Source: Bacteroidales bacterium (GTDB taxonomy: Bacteria > Bacteroidota > Bacteroidia > Bacteroidales > F082). Taken from it: DNA of 49,664 nt. The notes under the pieces were generated by a model that had not been told where the DNA came from, did not search any database, and saw only the letters and a list, made by a program, of their open reading frames with translations. Within the stretch, counting starts at the first letter, position 1. Each line of letters opens with the position of its first letter. This document shows positions 21,901 to 33,900 of the stretch, piece by piece. Location of the stretch: positions 1 to 49,664 of the forward strand of contig JAZQPN010000256.1 of the NCBI GenBank assembly GCA_045628585.1, in the 5' to 3' direction. The position numbers were made by a program, and so were the translations under genes.

Positions 21901-24900
21901 AGTTCATAATCATCGGCATCAGGTGCCAGGAAATACGGATATGCGTAGGCTTCGCTGGTGCCCGTGTTGCTCGATGCAAGAGAAATAATGTCAGGATAGC
22001 CTTCCAAACCGAGTTCAACAGCGCAGTGATTGAAGACATAACTTGAATTCAAATTGCTTGAACTGAAATGGGCCGGCATATCCAGATAATCGCGGTTGCC
22101 CCAAACAACAGTATTGTTAAAGATACCGCCACTCACTGGGACGGCAGCCGTATTCTGCGACTTATTGCCGATGATGTTGCAGTTGGTGAACGTATCGTTA
22201 TCCTGCGAAGTGTGGTTGCGGATGGCCACGGCATTGTTATTCACGAACAGGCAGTTTTGGTAAATGTTGCCGTAGACCGTGCCACTGCCGGATTTCGAAA
22301 CGGCCACCGCATTGTTGCGGGCAAACTTACAGTTGACGAAGGTCGAAGCATTGGCAAACAATTGCGCCTCGTTCACATTGTCAGTTTCCGGCAGTTCCCA
22401 GCAGACCTGGTTGTTTTCAAAGACCGTGTTTTCAACCCTCGTGCCCCACAGCATAATCTTACCAATATTGTGATTGAAATTGGAATTCCTGATTTCGCCG
22501 TTGATGGCAAACAGATAGGAATTGATTGCACTGTTGGCCGTGCTGACATACACCGTCGAGTCGTTGGTGATGCTGACGCTATCCAAAACGCCGCCGAGCA
22601 TGCTCAAGGCCGTTCCCTTGGTTAGGTTGCTCGCATTTGTAGCGACACTGGCATCACGGGCAATGTTGTTGTTGCCGAAATCAACGTTTCTCAACACGCC
22701 GTTTTCCATGATGGCCGCACCGGCACCGTGAACCTGATTGAGCATCCAATCGCTGTTGGTCGAAACCGGGTTCTTTATGATGGACGAATTGTAAGCATAA
22801 AAATCAGTCTCGCTCATGAAGCCGTTGCGGATGGCAAAGCCGTCCCAAGCGGTCTCCGTTGCAAACGGCTCATTCTGATAAAGGACGCGCTGCACATTCT
22901 GGCCATCGAGCACTGAGACATGAAGTTCAATATTACGTTCTGCCAAACTGGTTTCCGTTCCGGCAAAGCCACCGTAAACATCAACGCCCTCCATCATGCT
23001 GAAAGCATTGTTGGTATTGATTCCGTCTCCTACATAATCGCCTTCGCTGACCCAAACCTGAGCGGCAGGCGTAAAGGTATTGGCACGCGAAACGGCATAT
23101 TGCAGATAAGGAGTGGCATTGCTCCATGATGAGCCGTCACCATTTGGATTGTTGGAATCGGCGCTGACATAAATCACGCCATCCGTAGGATTCAAGGTTA
23201 GGACTGCATCAGCGTCCGAAGCAATGGCACCCAAATCGCAGCCTTCACTACCCTGCTTCAAGCAGATGGAAGCATCGGTGAGACTCCAATCCAAATCGAC
23301 GTCAAGATTCAAATGGCCAGCCGTTGAACTTGGAGCATTGAAATATGGTGCAAACACATTATCCTCATTTACCTGACTCAAAGCAATATTGCCGATGCCA
23401 TTGTACACATTATTCTGAATGGCGCAATAGTTGATTTCGGAAGCCAAATTCTTGGCAATGATGTTGTTTTCAAACACATTCTGGGCATTGCCCCATACGA
23501 TGCTGTTTTCCAAAATCGCATTCTGCAAGGCGATGGTCGTATATTTCGGTTGCATGAAGCAGTTGTTCGAACCGTCTTCCATGTTGACATAACACGAAGG
23601 CGATATCGTGCCCGAATAGTTGGAACGGTTATTCACCACCGTGCAGTGCGACACCAGAGCATCATTGCTTGCACTGATGATGGAACCCGTCAGTTCGGAA
23701 GACGATGAATTGTATTTGCCCGTGTTGTTGTAAATCAAGCCGTAGGTCAAGGCAGCATCGCTGAGTTTCACTAGCAAGCCAGCCGCATTGTTATGATGGA
23801 AGCTGCAGGAATCGACCGAACCGCCCGCAATACTGAACATCGGATAAGACGAATTGCTTGTGGCATTGCCATCAAACTCACAACCAATGATGGTTGAGTT
23901 GCTTGCCGAAACCACGTTCCTATTCGTATTGACATTGTGGAATGTGCAGTTTCTGATGCTGGCATTTGTTGCCGAAACCGCAACCAGATTTGAAGCCGAA
24001 ACGTTGGCAAATTCGCAGTTTTCAAGACTTGCGCCGCTCATCGAAACCGGAATTTCGATGAGGCAGTTCTGCAATTCGGTGTAGGCATTCAGTTGAATCT
24101 GTCGGCCTATGCGCATCGTGAAGCCATCCCACGAGCCTGTGCTGCCTTCAACACAAGGATTTGAACTTGAAGAAGATGTGAAATACTGGTTTGATGCGCC
24201 CTGCAAAATGCTCTGATGGTTTTCAAGGTCGCGTTCCGCAAGACTTGTTTCATTTCCGGCAAAACCGCCGAACACCTTCAGGCCGCCCATCATCGGGAAG
24301 GAGACACCCGAAGCGTTGCCCGCGTAAGTGCCTTCGGCCACCCAAATCTGCTTGCTTCCGTAGCCCGTTGCCATACCAGCCTGATTCATTGTATTAATCA
24401 GATTGTCGGAAGCATTAGCCCATGACGAACCGTCCTTGTTGCCTGCGCCATTTTCAGTGACATACCAAATTGCGGAATTCATCGAGACATTGGCAATGAC
24501 CAGACTGTCGCAATCGGCGGCGTATGCCCATTGATGCATATAAACGCCTGGTTCCGTGATGAATGAACCGTAGAAATCATAAGGAGAGCCTGCCTCGACA
24601 TTGAGATCCATATATCTGAACTGCGTGCAATACTGCTCGTAGGCACCCGGTTCGATGCTACCGTCAATGATACGGTCGCGGCCAGCCAAATCCTTTTCAG
24701 GCAAACCTGTAACCGAATTGTTGCCCCTGCCTACCAGGCTCGATTCGTTCTGCAACTGATAGATGCCAAAATCAGGAGCGAGGAAACGGACATAGTTCTT
24801 CGACACTTCATCGCCGTCATTCTCAGCGGCAAGATTGATGTTGCCTGTGCCCGAAGGCTGACTGCCTTGGATAGCCGAATAGGTGAACGAACCACTATAA

Positions 24901-27900
24901 TACTGGTTAAAGCTCTCCCCTACCTTATTACCCCAAACAATCAAGTTCGCCAAAGTATATGATGAACTGGTGTTGCTATAAATACCGCCGCCATTGTTAC
25001 GGGCATTGTTGTTGACTATGGTCGTGTTGATGACATGGGAATAATAGTTATAGATACCGCCACCGTAGTTGTACGAGCTGTTGTTGCTCACCAGGCAGTT
25101 GATGGTCTTGGAATAATAGGAATAGATACCACCACCGGAGCTGCTCGTCGATGTGTTGCCATTCACGATGCTGTTGGTCAATGTTGTGTATTCCATGCGG
25201 ATACCGCCACCTTCGTAAACAGATTGGTTGTTGCGGATTTCGCAATTGGTGATGGTGTTGTAAGCTGCGCTGAGGCCCGTCGAATACACGCCGCCGCCTA
25301 CAGTGCCTGAACCAGCCGTAGCATTGTCGGTGATAATGCAGTTCTTCAAGTGAGCGTAGGCTTGCATATAGACGCCTGCACCATTGCCATTCACATAACC
25401 ATTACGTATTGTGAAACCGTCCCAAGTTGCAGCCGTAGTCTCAGTGAAAGCATATTTCTGATAAAGGACGCGCTGTGCGTTGTTACCGTCAAGAACTGTG
25501 ACATTGGTGATGAAATCGCGATTGTCCAAATCGAAGTCAGCCGATTCAGTTCCGGCAAAGCCTCCGTAGACATTCACGCCAGCGACCATATTGAAGGCTG
25601 ACGAAAGGCTCTGGTTGCCGTAATAGGTTCCGCATGCCACCCAAACCTGTGCGGCAGGCTGAACGGCAGCCGCGCGGTTGACGGCCATCTGCAAATCGCC
25701 CGCGGCATTGGCCCACGACGAACCGTTGCCATTGCCGTCAAGTTTCACATAAACGATGTTGTTGGCATCAGGAACGATGTCGAATGTCGTTTCGTATGCC
25801 GATTCGTAAGGGCCGCAGTCAGGATTGCCTTGCTGCACGCGGCTGTTACCGGCCAAATCCTGTTCAGGCAAGGTCTCCAAAACAGCACCTTTATTGATAA
25901 GGAAAGAATTGCTTTGCAAAGTCCAGTCTGCATTATCAGGCGAAGTGAAGCATGGACTCATCACATTGCCCGTGTTTTCGGCAGCCAACGAGACATTGCC
26001 AATGCCAAACATGCCGCCTTCGATAGCGCTGTATCTGACGTCAATGTTACCGTGATTGTAGATAGCCGAGCGGTTTTCGCCTACCGTGTTGCCCCAAACC
26101 ACAGAATTTTGCATCACATTGCCAGTTGAATTTGCATAGACACCTGCACCATTGTTTGCTGCCGTATTGTCATAGACACCGCATTGGGACATAGTGACAC
26201 TGCTACCAGTCCATACACCGCCGCCCGAATAGCGGGCATTATTGTCCGTAATCAAGCAGTTGGTCATCACAGCGTAGGAATTGGCATAAATGCCGCCACC
26301 GTTACCACCGTTGTTATCATAAACCTTGCAATTGGTCAGTTTTGCATTTCCCGACGACGAACCATATAGATAAGCGCCACCTCCGTTATTGCTGCCAGTG
26401 TTTTCATTGCCATAAATGAGGCAATTGCGCAATTCGGCATTGGCCTGCAAATAAGCGCCAGCACCTCCAACATTACCTACACCATTCGTAATGGTGAAGC
26501 CATCCCAAACGGCAGCATTTTCAGCAGTGAAATCAGTGCGCTGGTAAAGGACGCGCTGCACGCCCTGGCCATCCAATACCGATGCGTGGTTCACCAAGTC
26601 GCGCTGTGAAAGGTCGTAGTCGTAAGGTTCGGTGCCGGCAAAACCGCCATAAACCGTGATGCCCGAAGGAATGGTGAAGGCATTGCCACCAGCCACGCCA
26701 TTGCCGACGTATGTGCCTTGTGCAACCCAAACCGTTGCCTTTGGTTCGAAGGTTCCGGCACGGTTGACGGCCAACTGCAGATAAGATGTTGCATTTTCCC
26801 AAGAAGAACCGTCGGCATTGCCTGCGCCTGTCGTCGTTACATAAAGAATATGGTTGGCATCAGGTGCTAAAACGACTGCATTGTACGGCGATTCAAAAGC
26901 ACCCATATCAATAGCACCTTGCTGTATACGCTCGTTGCCTGCCAAATCAGTTTCTGGCAATGTCACGCCATTTATCGTGCCTTGGTTGATGCAGACTGAA
27001 GCCATGCTCAAGGTCCAGTCGCCATCGCTAAATTCGGCACCAGCATCTTCGGTCGGATTGTTGAAGCACGGATGCAGTTCGCCACCTTCGTTTTCAGCAC
27101 TCAGCGTGATGTTGCCTGTTCCGTCATAACCGCCTTGGATAGCGCAATAGGTGACCGTTGGCGTGCCGCCAAAATAATACTGGTCGCTGGTCTGGTTTTT
27201 CTTGTTGCCCCAGATGATGCAGTTGGTGAGTTTGCGGGTTCCGTTGCTTCCAAGATAAATGCCTGAACCGACATTGCTGCTTGTATTCGTGCAAAGGTTG
27301 TTGACGATGTTGGTGTTCACGAAGGTGCAATTGCCCGAAACCGATACGCCGCCGCCATTATATGTTGCTGTATTGTTGGCGATATTACAGCCGATGACAT
27401 TGAAATAATAGGTGCCGCCGATACCGCCGCCTTCGTATGCCGTATTGTTCTCGATACGGCAGTTGATAAGTTCCGAATAATTGCTCGACGAGCCATAGAG
27501 ATAGATGCCGCCGCCGTTACTGCTAACCGTGTTGCGGACAACAACACAGTTTTCGATGACACTCTTTGTATTCGATGCGCAATAAATGCCGCCGCCTTCG
27601 CCATTACTTGTGCTATGGCCACGAAGCGCGTTGTCGTGGATGAAGCAGTTACGGATGATTGAGCCAGAAGAATAGATGCCACCTCCTTGGATAGCGGTTG
27701 AGGAAGTATAAGTGCCATAGTTGCCGTAGATTTCGCAATCCTCAACGACTGCCGAACTGGCATAAATGCCTGCGCCATATACGGAACCGCGAATCGTGTC
27801 GTTACGGACAATGCTGTTCCTCAGAGTGGAATTGCCAAGCAGATAAGCTCCAGCACCATAGCCGCCGCCCACATAACCTCTTTCGAGAACGAAACCGTCC

Positions 27901-30900
27901 CAAACCACAGCCTTTGCCGCCGAATAGGAGGCTTTCTGTTCCAAGACGCGCTGCCTATTCTGGCCGTCAAGAATAGTCTGGTTTTCTTCGAGATTACGGG
28001 CCGTGAGGTCGAAATCGTAAGATTCATCGCCGGCGAAACCGCCATAAACGCTCACGCCTGGCTGCATCACGAAGGCACTGGCTCCAGGTATACCCGTATA
28101 GGTGCCCTCCTTCACCCAAATCACTGGCACAGGGTTCATAGCCGATGCCTCCGAAATGGCAAAGTTCAGGTTGCCAGAAGCATTTTCCCACGAAGAGCCG
28201 TCTTTCAAGCCTGCGCCTTCAACCGTCACATAAATGATATTGTGCTCGTCGCAATGAATTTCATAGCTGGAGTTGTATTCCGATTCGTAGCAGCCCATAT
28301 CGACCCTGCCCTGCTGCACACGGCTGTTGCCGGCGAGATCAGTTTCGGGCAAAGTGGAATAAAGGCCTTCCTCAACACCTTTGTTAATAAGGACAGAACC
28401 TTGCTGCAACAGCCAAGAACCACCTGAATATGTAGCGCCAGCGCCCTCAGAAGGAGCCACGAAAGCCGGCGACAAATCCACTCCCGTGTTAGCAGCATCC
28501 AAAGCGATGTTGCCCGTTCCGTTCCAGCCGCCCTGAATGGCACTGTAACTGATTGTCGGAGTGGAACTGTTATAGCTTACATTATTATCGGATGTGTTTC
28601 GTTTATTGCCCCACACCACGGAATTCTGCATGTAACAGCTACCGCTCGCAACATAAACGCCGCCACCATAATAACTTGAAGAGCTAACCAGATTGTTCAC
28701 CACATTGCAGTTAGTCAGGTAAGTGTAGTTGCTCATATAAACGCCACCGCCATAGCTGTTTGACGTATTGTTATTAATCAAGCAATCGGTCAGATACATA
28801 TAGCCATTGGAATAGATGCCGCCGCCTTCCCCGTTGAAAACCTTGTTGCAACTGATTTCGCAATTGGTCATTCGCACATACTGCGCATAAATGCCGCCGC
28901 CTTGATGCTGATTCACCGTATTGCCTGTTACCGAGCAGTCTTCAACAACGACATAATTGCCATTTCCATTCGCATATAGGCCACCGCCATAAGCGTGTGC
29001 CGTATTGTCGAATACCGAGCAACCATACATCGACGAAGTATACATAAGGTATGCGCCGCCACCATATCCGTAACTTGAAGAATATCCCTTGGCATAGTTT
29101 TCGTAAATGTTGCAGTTCACCAAAGTGGCATATTCGGCATAAACGCCGCCACCATCGTAGGAGTTGGAGTGGCTTGATGTCCGTTTCGACATCACGGCAT
29201 TGCCATAAATGTCGCAGTTTTCAAGCATGCCGTACGACATATAGACACCGCCACCATACGAATTGCCATAGCTGACATTCGTCCCGACAATGGAGTCGTT
29301 ACAGATGACACAGTTACGCAAAGTGCCGCCTTTCAGTATGTAAGCGCCCGCGCCATAACCCGACGACAGACGGCCATTCGTAATCGTGAAGCCATCCCAT
29401 GCAATGGTATCGGAATAAGTGGCACCCTGATACAGGACGCGCTGTACATTCTGGCCATCGAGGACGGAAGCATTGGTCCTGAAATCACGCAGAGTCAAAT
29501 CATAATCATAGGCTTCGTTTCCGGCGAAACCGCCATAAACGTTAATGCCCGGCTGCATACGGAAAGCATTATTGCCTGCTATGCTGTCGCCGACATAATG
29601 GCCGCCTGCCACCCAGACACTTGGCTTCGGACTCATCGTTGTGCCTGCTGTCAAAGCAAAATTGATGTCGTCACAAGCATTTTCCCATGATGAACCATCC
29701 TTCAATCCGGCACCACCTTGTTTCACATAAATGATGTTGTGCTCATCGGCGACAATCTGAATTGAAGTGAAATCCGATTCATAGGCACCAATATCAATTC
29801 TGTCGTCCTTGACACGGTCGTTGCCTGCAATATCGTATTCCGGAAGTGTAATTCCGAGAGTTCTGCCATTATTGATTAATGCCGAACCTTCCTGAACGCG
29901 CCAGTCTCCCCCGCTGTAGCTGTTGCCTGCACCTTCGGTCGGTGCGACGAACATCGGACATTGGCCGCTGCCTTCGTTTTGACCTGAAAGCTGAATGTTG
30001 CCCGTTCCGTTCCAGCCGCCTTCCACAGCGCAATACGAAACCGTGATGCTGCTGCCCGAAATGCTGTTCGAGGAACTGCCAATCTTGTTGCCCCAAATCA
30101 CGGTGTTATACATATAGTTGTAATTGCCTGATACATAAACGCCACCGCCATTGCCAGTATAGATTTTGTTGTTCACGACATCGCAGTTGGTAAGGGTTGA
30201 ATAATTCGCCAAAAGCAAGCCGCCGCCATTGCTATTGCTGTAATTGATGTAGTTGTTGTTGATGATGCAGTTGGTAAGATTGGCATAATCGGAGTAGACG
30301 CCCGCACCTGATGACGAGCCTTGGTTGCGTTCAATGACACAATCGTTCATGGTGACGTAAGAACCAGAGCCATCGGCATAGACACCTGCGCCGTATGCTG
30401 CCATATTATAGTCAACATGGCAATGTTCGAGACTTGTAGCATATTTGGCATAAACGCCGCCACCACGATTGTAACCCGAATAATAAGCCGCAAGCGAGTT
30501 ATCGTGGATATAGCAGCCGATAAGCGTCCCGTATTCCGAATAAACGCCACCGCCATAGGAGTATGAATAACTCGTTCCTGAATATTTGGCATAGTTGCCG
30601 TAAATCTCGCAGTTTTCCAAAGTGCCGTAAATCATATAGACACCACCGCCGTATGCGGTTGAATTATACATAACGGTGTCGTAGCGTACAACGCAGTTTC
30701 TCAAGATGCCGTTCTTTTGCAAATAAGCACCGGCACCATAATTGTCGGAAACCGTCAGACGGCCTTTTTCGATGACGAAGCCGTCCCAAGCCGTGCTTGT
30801 GGTGAAAGCCGCCCCTTGATACAGCACGCGCTGAACGTTCTGGCCATCGAGGATGGTTGCGTTGGTTTCAAAATCACGGCTGCTCTTGTCATAATCATAA

Positions 30901-33900
30901 GGCTCGTTTCCGGCAAAACCGCCGAAAACATTCACGCCTTGCGTCATAATGAAAGCGCTGTTTGCGGCGATGCTGTCGCCGACGTATGTACCGGCTGCCA
31001 CCCAGATTTCAGGTTTCGGGTTAATGGATGATGCCGCAGAAAGTGCCATATTGATATAAGGTGTTGCGTTATCCCACGATGAACCATCCTTATTTCCCGC
31101 ACCATCTTGCGTGACATAAATGATATTGTGTTCGTCTGGCAAAATCATGGTTGACGAATAAGGCGATTCGTATGCGCCAAAATCAATTTCACCTTGCTGT
31201 ACACGCTCATTGCCGGCAATATCGGTCTGAGGCATAGTGATGTTCAAGCCTGATTGCGTTCCCTTGTTGATGCAGACCGAACCGCTCTGCAACGACCAGT
31301 CGCCACCTGAATAATTATAACCGACATCTTCTGAAGGAGAAACGAATTTCGGACTGTAATCATTACCCTCGTTATCATCCGAAAGGCTGATGTTGCCAAT
31401 GCCATTCAAGCCGCCCTGAACACCGCAGAACGTAACCGATGCAGAACTGTTGACCGACACATTGTTGACGTCACTGTTTTTCACATTGCCCCAAACCACG
31501 CAATTGGCCATGACAAACGTAGTGTTGCCAGAATAAACGCCAGCACCCGCGTATGAATAAGTGGTCGAATTGATGTAATTATTGACGATGGTGCTGTTAT
31601 AAACATAGTTGTAACTACCGTTTGCATAAATACCGGCGCCACTGTCAGGAGCCGAATTGTTGGCCACAACGCAGTTAACGGTTTTGGTGTAGCTGTCAGC
31701 ATAAATGCCGCCACCACCGTATGTTGCATAGTTGCCTTCGAACCTGTCGTTTGTCAGCATGGCATACGAAGAAGAACTGCTTACATAAATGCCGCCACCA
31801 CGACCCGAAGTGATGTTTCCAACAACAGAGCAATCGCGCAGGACAAACGTATTGCTACCCGAATGATAGATACCCGCACCCTGTGCGTATGACGATGAAC
31901 TGGCGTTTTTCGCAACATTATCATGAATGTTACAACCCAGGATAGAAGCGCCTTCCGAATAGGCACCGCCGCCGCGTGCATAACTCGAACCGGTGAGCTG
32001 GACATAGTTGCCGTATATTTCGCAATTCTCCAATGTGCTGTTTATGCCAGCAAACACACCGGCACCTCCACTGGCTGAACCCGATGTCACGATGCTATCG
32101 TTGCGGACAACGCAATTCTTCAGCGAACCGTAAGCCAACAGATAGGCGCCCGCACCATAGCCCGAAGCAATGCGTCCGTTCTGGATAGTGAAACCGTCCC
32201 AAGTGGAAGCCGTTGCCTGATTGTATGCACTGCCCTGATAAAGGACGCGCTGCACCCGCTGACCGTCAAGAATTGTGGCATTGTTTTCAAGGTCACGGAG
32301 ACTCTTGTCGTAATCATAAGGTTCGTTTCCTGCAAAACCGCCGAAAACATTCACGCAAGGCTGCATGCGGAAAGCATTGTTACCTGCAATGCTGTCGCCA
32401 TAATAAACGCCACCAGCCACCCAAACGACAGGCACCGGATTCAATACCGCAGCCTTGTTAACAACAGAATTGATGGAAGCCGCAGCATTTTCCCATGAGG
32501 AGCCATCCTTCGTTCCCGCACCACCAGACACCACATAAATGATGTTGTGCGCGTCAGGCGTAATCGGGGTTTGCGAGAGATTTGATTCGTATGCACCCAT
32601 ATCTACCTGGCCATCCTGAATGCGTTCATTGCCGGCAATATCAAAGTCGGGCATCAAGTTTGCACCATTGTTACCGACATTGATGCAAGCCGAACCTTCG
32701 GCCAGATTCCAATCGCCTCCCGTAAATTCAGCACCAGCACCTTCGGTCGGACCGGCGAAGCACGGATGGACATCATCGCCCGTATTGCTACCCGAAAGCG
32801 TTATGTTGCCTGTGCCGCTATAGCCACCCTCGATGGCAGAATACGAAACCGTCAAACCGCTACCATAAATCCGGCTCGAAGCCGAGTTTTTCCTGTTCCC
32901 CCATACGATGCTGTTGGTCAAGACATTCGAGTTACCGTTGGAATAAATTCCCGCACTATTATAAGAGGATGACGTACTGGTTGTTGTGGTCAGGTTACAT
33001 AGAATGTCACAGCAAACGAAATTGTTGTAATAATACACTCCCAAACCGCCATAACACAATGCAGTATTGTTGTTCACTATGCAGGAAACGACATTGTTGT
33101 AATAATAGGCATACAAACCGCCATAATTATTCGTTGCCGTATTGTTGCTGACAAAGCCATTGGTCATACTTGTGTAAGTGATGTAGGCACCGCCATAATT
33201 ATAGGCGCTGTTGCCTCTGACAGTCGTGTTTGTCACTACAGCACGGCTTGAGGTGGAATTTCCCTCCACATAAAGACCGCCGCCGTAACCATTCGTGGTG
33301 TTGTCCTCAATCACGCAGTTCAAGACCGAAGAATTGTATTGGGCGTAGACACCGCCTGCGTATGCGTAACTATATGAATAGCTGCTGTTTGTGGCATTGT
33401 CATGTATATTACATTGGAACATGTTACCATACTGCAGATATACGCCGCCACCATACACGCTGTTAGAGGAAGTCTGTTTGACATAGTTGCCATAAATCTC
33501 ACAGTTTTGCATGTTGCCATATTTGCAATACACGCCGCCACCGTATGAATTGTCGTAATTGCTATTGTTTCCTAAAATGGTGTCGTTGCGGATGATACAG
33601 TTGTTTAAGGTGCCGTAATAGAGGTATGCGCCGGCTCCATAACCGTAATAAAGGCGACCACGCTCAATGGTGAAGCCGTCCCACAAGGCTGCCGACGACG
33701 ATGTGCCTTGATAAAGCACGCGCTGCACATTCTGACCGTCAAGGATGGAAGCGTTGGCAGCGAAATCACGCTGGCTCTTGTCGTAATCGGCCGGTTCGTT
33801 TCCAGCAAAACCGCCATACACCTTCACACCCGATTCCATCGTGAAGGCATTGTCGTTACGCTCGCCGTTGCCGACGTATGTGCCGCCAGCCACCCAAACC

